DNA from: Chloroflexota bacterium
GTDB taxonomy: Bacteria > Chloroflexota > Limnocylindria > P2-11E
Length of the DNA: 64,000 nucleotides
Assembly (NCBI GenBank): GCA_021787445.1
Contig: JAJYLV010000001.1
Coordinates: 6,968 to 70,967 of the forward strand
Reading direction: 5' to 3'
Shown: piece by piece, positions 40,940 to 51,466 of the stretch
Numbering within the stretch: the stretch's first letter is position 1
How the letters are laid out: each line of letters begins with the position of its first letter
Notes under the pieces: model-generated
Seen by the model: the letters and a program-made list of their open reading frames with translations, nothing else
Database searches by the model: none
What the model was told of the DNA's origin: nothing
Position numbers and translations under genes: made by a program

Positions 40940-41968
40940 GTGGACTGTCGTGAGGCTCTCGGCGCCGTCGTGACCGGGCGGACCCTGACGCGTGAGGAGG
41001 CGCGGACCGTGATGACGTCCGTCATGGCGGGCGAGGCGACGCCGGCGCAGCTCGGCGCTTTCCTCGCCGCCCTGCGCGTGCGCGGCGAGACCGTCGATGA
41101 GATCGCCGGCTTCGCCCTCGGCATGCGCGAGGCGGGTGTCCCCGTACGTCTCGACGCGCCCGCCGTCGACATCGTCGGCACCGGTGGCTCCCAGACGGAC
41201 CCGTTCAACATCTCGACGGTCGCGAGCATCGTCGTCGCCGGCGCGGGGGCGCGCGTCGCGAAGCACGGCAACCGGGCGGCATCGGGCAAGTGCGGGAGCG
41301 CGGACGTGCTCGAGGCCCTGGGCGTCCGGATCGACCTCGGCCCCGACGAGATCGCGCGGTGCGTGCGCGACGTCGGGATCGCGTTCATGTTCGCTCCGCG
41401 CTTCCACCCCGCCATGCGCCATGCGGGGCCGGTGCGGCGCGAGATCGGGATCCGTACGTTCTTCAACCTCCTCGGTCCGCTCGCGAACCCCGCCGGCGTG
41501 CGTACGATCGTCATCGGCGTGCCCACCCCGGAGCTCGGCGAGCGCCTCGCGCGCGTCCTCGCGGAGCTGGGCATCGAGCGCGGGCTCGTCGTGCACGGCC
41601 ATGACGGTCTGGACGAGATCAGCCCGACCGGACCGAGCCGGACCTGGGAGGTCCGCGCCGGCAGCGTGCACGAGGGGACGATCGACCCCGCCGCGCTGGG
41701 GATCCGGCTGGCCTCGGTGTCGGAGATCCTCAGCGGCGATCCGCCCGCGAATGCCGCGACGGCCCGCGCGATCCTCGCCGGCGAGCAGGGCGCGCGACGC
41801 GACACGGTCGTCCTCAACGCCGGCGCGGCGCTCGTGGTCGCGGGCGTCGCGGGCGACGTCCGCGAGGGGATGGCGCTCGCCGCGCGCTCGATCGACAGCG
41901 GCGCGGCGCAGGCGACGCTCGCGCGCTGGGCGGAGACGAGCCAGCGGCTGGGGGCTGCGGGCGCATGA
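40940..41968 (+). CDS. trpD: Anthranilate phosphoribosyltransferase.
   Basis: DIVGTGGSQTDPFNISTVASIVVAGAGARVAKHGNRAASGKCGSADVLEALG is the TrpD signature. The start is the GTG at 40940, 3 nt after the trpE(G) stop. Confidence 0.85.
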   Translation: MDCREALGAVVTGRTLTREEARTVMTSVMAGEATPAQLGAFLAALRVRGETVDEIAGFALGMREAGVPVRLDAPAVDIVGTGGSQTDPFNISTVASIVVAGAGARVAKHGNRAASGKCGSADVLEALGVRIDLGPDEIARCVRDVGIAFMFAPRFHPAMRHAGPVRREIGIRTFFNLLGPLANPAGVRTIVIGVPTPELGERLARVLAELGIERGLVVHGHDGLDEISPTGPSRTWEVRAGSVHEGTIDPAALGIRLASVSEILSGDPPANAATARAILAGEQGARRDTVVLNAGAALVVAGVAGDVREGMALAARSIDSGAAQATLARWAETSQRLGAAGA

Positions 41969-42819
41969 GCGACTTCCTCGAACGGGTCGTCGCCGAGCGG
42001 CGGGCGGACGCGGAGAACGCGTCGCACGCCGTGGCTGAGGCCGACGTCGTGGCGCGCGCTCGCCGCCGCGGTCCGACCCGAGCTCCGTCGGGCGGATCGA
42101 ACGACCCGTTCACCCGCGCGCTGGCGGAGCGCCGCGCGGCGGCGCGGCTCGCGGTCATCGCCGAGGTCAAGAGGGCCTCCCCCTCGCAGGGCGTGCTCGG
42201 TCGCGGCGTCGACGTCCGTGCCCTCGCGCGCCGCTACGCGGGGGCGGGCGCCGCCGCGATCTCGGTGCTGTGCGAGCCGCGGCACTGGGGCGGCTCGCTC
42301 GCCGACCTGAGCGCCGTGCGCGAGAGCGTCGACGTGCCCGTGCTGTGCAAGGACGTCATCGTGACCGGATACCAGGTCGCGGAGGCGTGCTCGGCGGGGG
42401 CGAGCGCCGTCCTCCTGATCGCGGAAGCCCTCGACGACGAGGAGATCCGGCGCCTGGCGACGCGCGCCTTCGAGCTCGGGATGGGGGTCCTCATCGAAGC
42501 GCACGAGACCGCGGCCTTCGAGCGCGCGGTGCGGACCGGCGCGGCGGTCGTTGGCGTGAACGCACGCGACCTGCGCGCCCCGGCGGAGATCCGCCCCGAG
42601 CGGATCCGGCTGCTGCACCATCTCGCGCGGCCGGAGCACATCCTCGTCGCGGAGTCGGGCATCGGGAGCGAGGAGGACGCCCGCGCGCTCCCTGCGCGCG
42701 TCGATGCCGTTCTCGTCGGCGCCGCGCTCATGCGCGCCAGCGACCCCGGGGTCCTCGTCCGCCGGCTGGCGTCGCTGACGCGCGAGCGGGCGGAGCCAGC
42801 GGGAAGGAGCGTCCCATGA
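41965..42819 (+). CDS. trpC: Indole-3-glycerol phosphate synthase.
   Basis: The motifs [36 protein letters not shown] and LVGAALM are present. The start overlaps the trpD stop as ATGA. Confidence 0.85.
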   Translation: MSDFLERVVAERRADAENASHAVAEADVVARARRRGPTRAPSGGSNDPFTRALAERRAAARLAVIAEVKRASPSQGVLGRGVDVRALARRYAGAGAAAISVLCEPRHWGGSLADLSAVRESVDVPVLCKDVIVTGYQVAEACSAGASAVLLIAEALDDEEIRRLATRAFELGMGVLIEAHETAAFERAVRTGAAVVGVNARDLRAPAEIRPERIRLLHHLARPEHILVAESGIGSEEDARALPARVDAVLVGAALMRASDPGVLVRRLASLTRERAEPAGRSVP

Positions 42820-43997
42820 GCCTGCCGGAGGCGGCGCGCGGACGGTTCGGGGCCTTCGGCGGGCAGTACGTCCCCGAGACGCTCATGCCCGCGGTCATCG
42901 AGCTCGAAGCGGCCTTCGACGAAGCGTGGAAGGAGCCGGCGTTCCGCGACGAGCTCGACGGCCTCCTCCGGACGTACGTCGGCCGGCCGACGCCACTGAC
43001 CGACGCACGTCGCCTCGCCGACGCGGTCGGGCTGCGGCGCGTGCTCCTCAAGCGCGAGGACCTCACGCACACCGGCGCGCACAAGATCAACAACGCCATC
43101 GGCCAGGCGCTCCTGGCGAAGAGGATGGGGAAGAAGCGTGTCATCGCCGAGACCGGCGCGGGTCAGCACGGCGTCGCGACGGCGACCGCGTGCGCCCTCC
43201 TCGGCCTCGAGTGCGTCGTCTACATGGGGACGCTCGACATGGAACGCCAGCGGCCGAACGTGTTCCGCATGCGCCTCCTCGGCGCCGACGTTCGCGGCGT
43301 CGACGCGGGGAGCCGGACGCTCAAGGACGCGGTGAACGAGGCGATCCGCGACTGGGTGACGAACGTGCGTACGACGTACTACCTCCTGGGGTCGGCCATC
43401 GGGATGCACCCGTATCCGACGATCGTGCGTGAGCTGCAGTCGGTCATCGGCCGCGAGGCGCGCGCGCAGTCGCTGGACCTCCTCGGCCGCCTCCCGGACC
43501 TGGTCACGGCGTGCGTCGGCGGCGGCTCGAACGCGATCGGGACGTTCGCGGCCTTCCTCGGCGACACGGCTGTGAGGCTCCGGGGCGTCGAGGCCGGCGG
43601 GGAGGGTGTGCCGAGCGGCAAGCACGCCGCGTCGATCGTCGGCGGCTCCGTCGGCGTGCTGCACGGGACGAAGACGTACGTACTGCAGGACGACGATGGG
43701 CAGATCCGCGAGACGCACTCGATCTCCGCCGGGCTCGACTACCCGGGGGTCGGCCCGCAGCACGCGGCGCTGCACGACAGCGGGCGCGTCACCTACGTCG
43801 CGCGCACCGACGCCGAGGCGCTCGACGCGTTCCGGCTCCTCTGCCGCACGGAGGGGATCATCCCCGCGCTCGAGCCCGCCCACGCGATCGCGGATCTCCG
43901 CTACGTCGCGCGGGAGCTCGGACGTGACCTCGACGTCCTCGTCTGCCTCTCGGGCCGCGGCGACAAGGACCTCGACACGGTGATGAGGACGCTGTGA
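42816..43997 (+). CDS. trpB: Tryptophan synthase beta chain.
   Basis: [36 protein letters not shown] (the PLP-lysine context) and GGGSNAIG are present. The start overlaps the trpC stop as ATGA. Confidence 0.9.
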   Translation: MSLPEAARGRFGAFGGQYVPETLMPAVIELEAAFDEAWKEPAFRDELDGLLRTYVGRPTPLTDARRLADAVGLRRVLLKREDLTHTGAHKINNAIGQALLAKRMGKKRVIAETGAGQHGVATATACALLGLECVVYMGTLDMERQRPNVFRMRLLGADVRGVDAGSRTLKDAVNEAIRDWVTNVRTTYYLLGSAIGMHPYPTIVRELQSVIGREARAQSLDLLGRLPDLVTACVGGGSNAIGTFAAFLGDTAVRLRGVEAGGEGVPSGKHAASIVGGSVGVLHGTKTYVLQDDDGQIRETHSISAGLDYPGVGPQHAALHDSGRVTYVARTDAEALDAFRLLCRTEGIIPALEPAHAIADLRYVARELGRDLDVLVCLSGRGDKDLDTVMRTL

Positions 43998-44812
43998 CCG
44001 TCGCACGTCTCAGCGGCATCGAGCGGATCGAGCGCGCGTTCGCGGCGGCCAAGCGCGAGCGGCGGATGGCCATCGTCATCTACCTCATGACCGGCTTCCC
44101 GCGCCGCGACGCGACGCGCGGCCTGGTCCGCGCGGCGCTCGACGGCGGCGCGGACGTCATCGAGCTCGGCGTGCCCTTCAGCGATCCGATGGCCGACGGG
44201 ACGACGGTCCAGCGCGCGGGCGAGACCGCGCTGCGCGAGGGGATCCGCCTCGACGACTGCATCGCCGAGGCGCGTACCGCGGTCGCCGAGCGCGACGCGA
44301 CGGTCGTGCTCATGGGCTACCTCAACCCGTTCTTGCGGTACGGGCCGCAGCGTCTCGCCGATGCCCTGCGCTCCGCGGGGGTCGCGGGCGTCATCGCGCC
44401 CGACCTCCCGGTCGAGGAGAGCGCCGAGATCGACGCGGCGCTCATGCCCGCGGGGGCGGCGCGGATCGACATGTTCGCGCCGACGACGCCGGACGGTCGC
44501 CTCGAGCGCCTCCTTCCGCGGGCGCGCGGCTTCGTGTACTGCGTGTCGCTCACCGGCGTGACGGGAGCCCGCGCCGGCCTGTCGGAGGAGGTCGGTCCGT
44601 TCGTCCGGAGGGTGCGCGCGCGCACACCGCTCCCGATCGTCGTCGGCTTCGGGATCAGCCGCCCGGAGCACGTCCGCGCGCTGCGCGGCGTCGCCGACGG
44701 CGTCGCCGTGGGCAGCGCCGCGATCGACGCGATCGACCGTGCCGAGCGGGGTCGATCGGAGGATGCGCTGCGCGACCTGGTGCGGTCGCTCCGAGAGGCC
44801 GGCGCCGCATGA
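43994..44812 (+). CDS. trpA: Tryptophan synthase alpha chain.
   Basis: The motifs are [35 protein letters not shown] and VVGFGIS. Confidence 0.9.
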   Translation: MTVARLSGIERIERAFAAAKRERRMAIVIYLMTGFPRRDATRGLVRAALDGGADVIELGVPFSDPMADGTTVQRAGETALREGIRLDDCIAEARTAVAERDATVVLMGYLNPFLRYGPQRLADALRSAGVAGVIAPDLPVEESAEIDAALMPAGAARIDMFAPTTPDGRLERLLPRARGFVYCVSLTGVTGARAGLSEEVGPFVRRVRARTPLPIVVGFGISRPEHVRALRGVADGVAVGSAAIDAIDRAERGRSEDALRDLVRSLREAGAA

Positions 44813-45192
44813 CGGCCGTGCGCGGCGTCCGCGGCGCGACGACGGTCGCGGCGAACGACCGGGATCAGATCGTCTCCGCGACGAAGGGCCTGCTCGAGCG
44901 GATCGTCGCGCTGAACGGGATGGTCCCCGACGACGTCGCGAGCGTGTGGTTCACCGTCACGCCCGACCTCGACGCCGAGTTCCCCGCGGTGGCGGCGCGT
45001 GGGATCGGGTGGACGGACGTCCCGCTCATCTGCGGGCGCGAGATCCCCGTCCCCGGATCCCTGGAGCGCTGCATCCGCGTCCTCATCCACTGGAACACGG
45101 ACCGCGCCCAGTCCGAGGTCCGCCACGCCTTCCTGCGCGAGGCACGGGCGCTGCGCCCGCAGTGGGCCGTGGACGAGAGGGAGGCGACGTAG
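44809..45192 (+). CDS. aroH: Chorismate mutase of the AroH class (monofunctional).
   Basis: The N-terminus AVRGVRGATTV and the 127-aa size match the AroH-class fold. The start overlaps the trpA stop as ATGA. Confidence 0.7.
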   Translation: MTAVRGVRGATTVAANDRDQIVSATKGLLERIVALNGMVPDDVASVWFTVTPDLDAEFPAVAARGIGWTDVPLICGREIPVPGSLERCIRVLIHWNTDRAQSEVRHAFLREARALRPQWAVDEREAT

Positions 45193-46233
45193 ATGCTCGT
45201 GGTCATGAAGCGCGACGCGACGCAGGCCGAGATCGACCAGGTCGTCGCGCGCGTCTCGGAGCTCGGCCTCACCGCGATCCCGCTGCCCGGGACGGAGCGC
45301 ACCGCGATCGGCACCTTCGGCGTCGCGGCGCAGGAGGCGGGGGAGCAGCTGGAATCGATGCCGGGCGTGCAGGAGATCGTCTACGTGTCGCGGCCGTTCA
45401 AGCTGAGCTCACGCGAGGTCCGCGCCGAGGACACGATCGTGCGCATCGGCGGCGTCGAGGTCGGCGCGGGCCGCCCGGTCGCGGTGATGGCCGGGCCCTG
45501 CTCGGTCGAGACGCGCGAGCAGACGATCGCGACGGCGCGCGCCGTCCACGACGCGGGTGCGACGGTGCTGCGCGGGGGCGCGTACAAGCCGAGCACCTCG
45601 CCGTACCACTTCCGCGGGCTCGGCGAGCCCGGGCTCGCGATCCTTCAGGAGGCGGGGCGCGCGGCCGGCCTTCCCGTCGTCACCGAAGTGCTCACGCCCG
45701 GGGACGTCGACCTCGTCGCGCGCCACGCCGACTGCCTCCAGATCGGCACGCGCAACAGCCAGAACTTCAGCCTCCTCGACGCCGTCGGCGAGACGCGCAT
45801 GCCGGTCCTGCTCAAGCGCGGGATGTCCGGGACGATCGAGGAGCTCCTGCTCTCGGCCGAGTACATCCTCGCCAAGGGCAACCCACAGGTGATCCTCTGC
45901 GAGCGCGGCATCCGCACCTTCGAGAAGTACACCCGCAACACTTTCGACGTGAGCGCGATCCCTCTCCTCAAGCGCTTATCGCACCTGCCCGTCATCGCCG
46001 ACCCGTCGCACGGCACGGGCAAGTGGTACCTGGTCGCTCCGGTCGCGCTCGCCGCCGTCGCGGCCGGCGCCGACGGCGTCATCATCGAGGTGCACCCGAG
46101 CCCGGACCACGCGCTGAAGGACGGCTTCCAGTCGCTCACGTTCGAGAACTTCGCCGGGCTCATGCGGACGCTCCCCGGAGTGGCGCGCGCCGTGGGGCGT
46201 CCGGTCGCCGCGGCCGCTGCCGTGACCGCGTGA
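45193..46233 (+). CDS. aroF: 3-deoxy-7-phosphoheptulonate (DAHP) synthase, type I-beta, with an N-terminal ACT/ferredoxin-like regulatory domain.
   Basis: A KDSO8P/DAHP synthase TIM-barrel core ([46 protein letters not shown]) is preceded by a regulatory domain of about 80 aa, as in the Thermotoga-type enzyme. Confidence 0.8.
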   Translation: MLVVMKRDATQAEIDQVVARVSELGLTAIPLPGTERTAIGTFGVAAQEAGEQLESMPGVQEIVYVSRPFKLSSREVRAEDTIVRIGGVEVGAGRPVAVMAGPCSVETREQTIATARAVHDAGATVLRGGAYKPSTSPYHFRGLGEPGLAILQEAGRAAGLPVVTEVLTPGDVDLVARHADCLQIGTRNSQNFSLLDAVGETRMPVLLKRGMSGTIEELLLSAEYILAKGNPQVILCERGIRTFEKYTRNTFDVSAIPLLKRLSHLPVIADPSHGTGKWYLVAPVALAAVAAGADGVIIEVHPSPDHALKDGFQSLTFENFAGLMRTLPGVARAVGRPVAAAAAVTA

Positions 46234-47027
46234 TGCGGGTCCGCGTCGTCGGCCTGGGGCTCATCGGTGGGTCGATCGCGCTGGGCCTGCGGGGGCGCCA
46301 CGACGTCGCGGGGTACGACCGGGACGACGCGGCGCGGGCCGCGGCGCGCGGGCGCGGCATCGTCGTCGTCGACGCGCTCGACGCCGTGCTCCCGGCCGAC
46401 GCGGTCGTCGTCGCGACGCCGCTCGCGGCCGTCGTGCCGACGCTGCGCGCTCTCGCGCCGCGCGCGGCCGGCGCGGTGCTCGTCGAGGTCGGCTCGCTCA
46501 AGGCCGACGTCGCCCTGTTCGCCGAGAGCGCTCCCGAGAGCGTGCGGATCGTCGGCCTGCATCCCATGGCGGGCAGCACCGCGAGCGGCATCGCCGCCGC
46601 CGACCCGGCCCTGCTGCGCGGACGGCCATTCCTCGCGGTCGCCACGGCGCGCTCGGACGAGCGCTCCATGGCGCTCGTCGGCGACCTGGCCCGCGACCTG
46701 GGCGGGAGCGTGACGGTCTGCTCGCCGGCGGTCCACGACCGCGCCATCGCCGCCGTGTCGGCGCTCCCCCTGGCGTCGGCGATCGCGCTCGACGCCGTGG
46801 CGCGGGCGGCGCTGCCGATGCCCTTCGAGGCGGTCGCCGGCACGGGTATCCGTGACGCGACGCGGCTCGCCGCGACGCCGCCCGAGCTCGCGCTTCCGCT
46901 CCTGGGAGCACCGGGACTGCCCGAGCACATCGCCGCGCTGCGCGAGCGGTTGGGCGAGATCGAGCGCGCGCTCGGCGACGAGCGCGCTCTGCGCAGGCTC
47001 CTCGCGGAGCGCGCGGAGCGGGCGTGA
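46233..47027 (+). CDS. tyrA: Prephenate dehydrogenase.
   Basis: The Rossmann motif VVGLGLIGGSIALGL is followed by GLHPMAGS. The start overlaps the preceding stop as TGATG. Track ORF 44739-47027 is a run-on in this frame. Confidence 0.75.
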   Translation: MRVRVVGLGLIGGSIALGLRGRHDVAGYDRDDAARAAARGRGIVVVDALDAVLPADAVVVATPLAAVVPTLRALAPRAAGAVLVEVGSLKADVALFAESAPESVRIVGLHPMAGSTASGIAAADPALLRGRPFLAVATARSDERSMALVGDLARDLGGSVTVCSPAVHDRAIAAVSALPLASAIALDAVARAALPMPFEAVAGTGIRDATRLAATPPELALPLLGAPGLPEHIAALRERLGEIERALGDERALRRLLAERAERA

Positions 47028-47815
47028 CGGCGGTCGGCTTCGCCTTCGACGCCGCGCTCGGTCCCGGCGTCTCCTCGGCGGTCGCCGCGGAGGTCGAGCG
47101 CCTCGACTACGCCAGCCTGTGGACGAACGACACGCCGAACGCGCCGGGCCTGCCGATCCTCGCCGCGGCCCAGCGCGTGACGGCCCGCATCCCCGTCGGC
47201 GTCGGTGTCATCCCGTGCGACCGCCGCTCGGCGAGGGACGTCGCCGCGGGCGTCACGAACGCCGGGCTCGACCTGCGCCGCGCGGTCATCGGTATCGGCG
47301 CGGGCCGCGCCGAGCGCCCCGCCGCCGCCGTCCGCGAGGCGGTGGACGAGCTGCGGCGCGTCCTGCGCCCCGGCGCGGTCGTCGCCGTCGCCGCGATGGG
47401 CCCGCGCATGTGCCGTCTCGCGGGTGAGATCGCGGACGTCGTCCTGCTCAACTGGATGACGCCCGAGCGCATCCGCTGGGCGCGCGAGCGTGTTCGCGAA
47501 GGAGAGCGCCGAGCGGGCCGCGACGCGGGCAGTGTCGTCGTCGCCTCGTACGTCCGCGTCGCGGTGGGTCGCGATGCGCGCGAGCGCCTCGCCCACGCGG
47601 CGGAGAGGTACACGCGCTTCCCGGCGTACGCCCGCAGCTTCGCGGCGATGCGCGTCGCACCGGAGACGGTGGGCGTCGCCGCGGTGAGCGAGGAGGAGGC
47701 GCGCGCGGCGCTCGCGCCGTACCGCGAGGCGCTCGACGAGACGATCGTGCGGGCGCTGCCGACCTTCCCGACGGCGGAGAGCGTGCTCGAGCTCGCGCGA
47801 GCGACGCGTCCCTAG
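47024..47815 (+). CDS. LLM-class flavin- or F420-dependent oxidoreductase (luciferase-like monooxygenase family).
   Basis: It shows the luciferase-like TIM-barrel pattern (LDYASLWTNDTP ... AGEIADVVLLNWMTPE). It is translationally coupled to tyrA as ATGA. Confidence 0.5.
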   Translation: MTAVGFAFDAALGPGVSSAVAAEVERLDYASLWTNDTPNAPGLPILAAAQRVTARIPVGVGVIPCDRRSARDVAAGVTNAGLDLRRAVIGIGAGRAERPAAAVREAVDELRRVLRPGAVVAVAAMGPRMCRLAGEIADVVLLNWMTPERIRWARERVREGERRAGRDAGSVVVASYVRVAVGRDARERLAHAAERYTRFPAYARSFAAMRVAPETVGVAAVSEEEARAALAPYREALDETIVRALPTFPTAESVLELARATRP

Positions 47816-48978
47816 CCCACGAAGTCCCCGATCACGAGCTCGTTCGCGATCGCCGCGAGGAGGAGCAGCGACACGATGGCGTAGGACCACAGCGCGCGGC
47901 GCCGCTCGAGCAGGAGCGCCAGGACGACGAACGCGGGGAACACCACCAGCAGGTAGCGTGACGTCGACGTCAGCGGCGTCGGGAGGATGCGGAGCCACAG
48001 GAACGCGATCTGAGGGGCCGCGTAAAGGGAGAGGTCGGCCCGCAGCCGGGCGGCACCCACGATGAGGAGGGCCGTGGCCCCGACGAGCAGCGCGAGCTCG
48101 AGCGCTTCCAACGGGTCGCCCCGGCGCCGCGTCCAGTCGAGCGCCGCGGCGAGGACGTCCCAAGGGGGGTGGTACGCGGAGCCGGTCCAGAGCGCGGAGG
48201 CGGCGAACATGGAGACGCCGACGACGCGCTGCGTGTAGAGGACGAACGCGCCGAACGCCGCGGGCGCCGCCACGACGGCGGCGGCGGCGGCGACACGTTC
48301 CTCACGCTCCGCGCGGCGCCGCCACGCCGTCCACAGGAGCGGCAACACGAGGACGACGCCGACCGGACGCGCCAGGGCGGCGAGGAACGCGCATGCCGCG
48401 GCGGCGCTCCAGCCCCCGCGCCGCGCGAAGTCGAGTGACCAGACGGAGGCGGCGAGAAGGATCGCTTCGGAGAACGGCGCGACGAGGAACAGCGACGCGG
48501 GGAAGACGCTCAGGAGGAGGATCGCCCGGCGTGCGACGTCCCTGCCGTGATCGTCCTCGACGATCCGGTGGATGCCCCAGAGCGCGAGGACCGCGGCCAC
48601 GAGGTCGACGATCATGCCCGCGATCACGACGTGCGGACCGAAGAGCGCGACGACGCGCTCGAGCGCCGGGAAGAGCGGGAAGAACGCCGTCGAGCCGTCG
48701 CCCTGGTAGCCCGTCGTCGCGATGTGCGCGTACCAGCACGCGTCCCAGCGCTCCCAGACGCCGACGAGCTTGAACGCGAGGCCCTCCTTGTACTGGAGCG
48801 GCATCACGCTCCAGCCGTTGCGCGCCTCTTCGAAGTGGCACGGCTGCGGGATGGTGCGCTCGCTCGCGACGTACAGCGCGAAGATCGAGAGCGCGACGCG
48901 GAGCGTGAGGACCAGCCACGTCGCCTCGAGGAGGCCGTCGGGGAGCGCCCGAAGGCGGCGGAGCGCGCCGTCGATCAG
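47812..48978 (-). CDS. PIG-V/mannosyltransferase-like polytopic membrane glycosyltransferase (GT family resembling GPI mannosyltransferase 2).
   Basis: The conserved WERWDACWYAHIATTGY ... AFFPLFPALE motif follows a first TM helix, and there are more than 8 TM helices downstream. Only the C-terminal 390 aa of the giant track ORF 47812-51345 are real. The TM helix precedes the first ATG or GTG, so the start is tentatively placed at the CTG that overlaps the aroA stop. Its stop overlaps the LLM gene stop convergently. Confidence 0.55.
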   Translation of the reverse strand: MIDGALRRLRALPDGLLEATWLVLTLRVALSIFALYVASERTIPQPCHFEEARNGWSVMPLQYKEGLAFKLVGVWERWDACWYAHIATTGYQGDGSTAFFPLFPALERVVALFGPHVVIAGMIVDLVAAVLALWGIHRIVEDDHGRDVARRAILLLSVFPASLFLVAPFSEAILLAASVWSLDFARRGGWSAAAACAFLAALARPVGVVLVLPLLWTAWRRRAEREERVAAAAAVVAAPAAFGAFVLYTQRVVGVSMFAASALWTGSAYHPPWDVLAAALDWTRRRGDPLEALELALLVGATALLIVGAARLRADLSLYAAPQIAFLWLRILPTPLTSTSRYLLVVFPAFVVLALLLERRRALWSYAIVSLLLLAAIANELVIGDFVG

Positions 48979-50267
48979 TGACCGAGCTCCCGCACCATGT
49001 CGTAGAAGCCGGGGTACGTCTTCGAGACCGCCTCCCAGCCCTCGATCTCGACCCCGGGCACCTGGAGGCCCAGGACGCTGAAGGCCATGGCGATGCGATG
49101 GTCGCCCGATGCGTCGACGCGTCCGCCGTGCAGCGGGACGGGATCGACCGCGATGCCGTCGGCGTACTCGGTCACCTGACCCCCGAGCGCGCGCAGCCCG
49201 GAGGCGACCGCGGCGATGCGGTCGCTCTCCTGCCGCCGCGCGTGGCCGACCCCGAGGATCTCGCTGCGCCCCTCGGCCATGGCCGCGACCACCGCGAGGG
49301 TGGGGAATACGTCGGAGATGTCGCGGACGTTCTCGCGGATGCTGAAGAGGGCGCCTCGCCGGGAGACCTTCACGTGCCCGAAGTGGCGTGCGACGGCGCA
49401 GCCCATGCGCTCGAGGAGGTCGAAGAACCGCACGTCGCCCTGAGCGCCGGGTCGTGGGCGCGGGTCGACGTTCTGAACGATGACGCCTCCGCCGAGGATC
49501 GCGGCGGCGGCGGCGGGATAGCTCGCCGCGGTCGCGTCGCCCGGCACCTGGACCGAGCGGGCGCGGATGCGCTGCGGGCGGACGCGGAACGTGTTCGGCG
49601 TGAGCAGACGCTCGACGGCCACCCCGCGCTCCCGGAGAACGGCGGTCGTGAGGTCGAGGAACGGAGCCGAGACGACGCTGCCCGAGATGCGCATCTCGAT
49701 GCCCTCGGCCGCGCGGGCGCCCGCGAGGAGCAGCGCCGACGCGAATTGGCTCGACTCGTGCCCGGGGACCACGACCCGGCCGCCGCGCAGCGGTCCGGCG
49801 ACCGTCAGCGGGAGCGCGTCGCCCTCGACCGTCGCCCCCAGCTCGCGCAGCGCCTTCGCGAGCGATGACATCGGCCGTGCGCGCATGCGCTCGTCGCCGT
49901 CGATCCGCGTCCGGCCCGGAAGGACCGCGGCGGCGGCGGCCACGAAGCGGGCCACCGTGCCCGCCTGCCCCGCGTTGACGCTCGCGTCGCGCGCGACGGG
50001 CGAGCGACCGAGCCCGGTGATGCGGATCGTCCCGGTGGGACCGCCCTCCACCGCGCAGCCGAGCTCGAACAGCGCGTCGCGCATCGCGCGGACGTCGTCG
50101 CCGGGATCGAGCTCTCCGACGTCGACATGAGACGTGCCCTCCGCGAGCGCCGACAGGAGGAGCTCGCGGTTCGCGACGCTCTTGGAGGCAGGCACGCGTA
50201 TCCGCGCGTCGATCGGGTGTCGGATGGGTGGGATCGATCTCGCCGTCACGCTCGCGGGTGTCAGCAT
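48975..50267 (-). CDS. aroA: 3-phosphoshikimate 1-carboxyvinyltransferase (EPSP synthase).
   Basis: IRVPASKSVANRELLLSALAEG is the N-terminal signature, and the EPSPS/MurA fold motifs run through to the C-terminus. The start is taken at MLTPASV; the track offers an alternative ATG at 50315. Confidence 0.85.
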   Translation of the reverse strand: MLTPASVTARSIPPIRHPIDARIRVPASKSVANRELLLSALAEGTSHVDVGELDPGDDVRAMRDALFELGCAVEGGPTGTIRITGLGRSPVARDASVNAGQAGTVARFVAAAAAVLPGRTRIDGDERMRARPMSSLAKALRELGATVEGDALPLTVAGPLRGGRVVVPGHESSQFASALLLAGARAAEGIEMRISGSVVSAPFLDLTTAVLRERGVAVERLLTPNTFRVRPQRIRARSVQVPGDATAASYPAAAAAILGGGVIVQNVDPRPRPGAQGDVRFFDLLERMGCAVARHFGHVKVSRRGALFSIRENVRDISDVFPTLAVVAAMAEGRSEILGVGHARRQESDRIAAVASGLRALGGQVTEYADGIAVDPVPLHGGRVDASGDHRIAMAFSVLGLQVPGVEIEGWEAVSKTYPGFYDMVRELGH

Positions 50268-50304
50268 AGGCACGGAAATGACCGGCCGCCGCGACGCTCG
50301 ACCG

Positions 50305-51429
50305 ATGGCGATCATGGTGGGGATCGCCGTCCTGTTCGCGGCCGTCCTCTACTCCGCGGTCGCCGGCGGCCGGCTGAGCGGCGGCGGCCCCAGCCTCGCC
50401 GCGGTCACGCCGTCGCCGTCGCCGCATGTGGCCGCGCCGACCGTCACCTTCCTGCACCAGACCTGCTGCACCCAGGCCGCCCGGTTCCTCGACGCGGCCT
50501 GGGGGTCGAACGAGCGGATCAGCGCCGCGAGCTTCAGCCTCGACCCGGCGCCGCCGTTCGCGTGCTCCGCGACCGTCGACGCGACCGGCCTCGCCGGGCG
50601 CTTCGGGTGCGTCGGCCTGCTCGCCGGCGCGACGGACTTCGTCGGACACCTCCTCCTCACGACCGACGCCGGGACGTTCACGTACGAACACGCCTTTCGC
50701 ACCATGGGGGACTCCCTCCAGGGAGTGAAGTGGTTCACGGAGTTCGAGGACCCGACGGGCGACCCCGTCGAGTGCGCCGCGGCCAGCGTGCGGATGATCC
50801 AGCTCTACACGACGGGCGAGGACAAGCTGACCGCGACCGAGATCCTCCAGGCCGGCAGGGCCTTCAACAAGAGCGCCGATCCCGGCATCGACCCGGCCGC
50901 GATCGCGACGGAGATCCACCAGCTCGACCCGCGCAACACTTACCACTACTACCGCTTCGCGACGCGCGCGGACGCCACGGGCGCCGCGGTGTACTGGCTT
51001 CTCCGCAGCGGCAAGCCCGTCATCGCGATAACCCTCGCGGGCCAGCACGCGCCCGTGGTGACCGGCTTCCAGGGGACGTACGGGACGTACTACGACGACC
51101 CGAACAACAAGATCACCGGCGTCGTCGTCGAGGATCCACAGCGCGGCGACCTGAACCCGGCGACCGCGGGCCGGCGCCCGGACAAGCCGCGCGCCGCGGA
51201 CTACCAGACCGGGCACCTCGTCCCGCTGCAGGAGTGGAACACCGACGACTGGTGGCTCGGCTACGCGTACCAGGGGACGATCAAGATGCCGAACGGGTCG
51301 TACCTGAACATCGACCGCAATGACCGCGCGTACCCCACGCCGCACTGGGCGGGGAAGTTCGTGATCCTCGTGGACGACGGCGACGCGGCGAACCCGCCGG
51401 ACAGGGAGGGCCGCGTCACGTTCCGGTAG
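50305..51429 (+). CDS. Hypothetical secreted, N-terminally membrane-anchored protein containing Cys residues.
   Basis: A TM anchor ([19 protein letters not shown]) is followed by a 350-aa domain carrying several Cys ([30 protein letters not shown]). It has normal composition and GC-rich third codon positions, and it is divergent from aroA. I did not recognize a family. Track ORF 50134-51429 has two earlier candidate starts. Confidence 0.5.
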   Translation: MAIMVGIAVLFAAVLYSAVAGGRLSGGGPSLAAVTPSPSPHVAAPTVTFLHQTCCTQAARFLDAAWGSNERISAASFSLDPAPPFACSATVDATGLAGRFGCVGLLAGATDFVGHLLLTTDAGTFTYEHAFRTMGDSLQGVKWFTEFEDPTGDPVECAAASVRMIQLYTTGEDKLTATEILQAGRAFNKSADPGIDPAAIATEIHQLDPRNTYHYYRFATRADATGAAVYWLLRSGKPVIAITLAGQHAPVVTGFQGTYGTYYDDPNNKITGVVVEDPQRGDLNPATAGRRPDKPRAADYQTGHLVPLQEWNTDDWWLGYAYQGTIKMPNGSYLNIDRNDRAYPTPHWAGKFVILVDDGDAANPPDREGRVTFR

Positions 51430-51466
51430 CGAGCGCGCGCTCCTCCGGACGGCGTCCCGGACCCCC

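Noticed and set aside
48979-51345. Giant 1177-aa minus-strand ORF (47812-51345).
   Set aside because: Only the C-terminal 390 aa (the PIG-V-like GT) look like protein. The remainder is an Arg-rich run-on across aroA and the divergent hypothetical gene in other frames.
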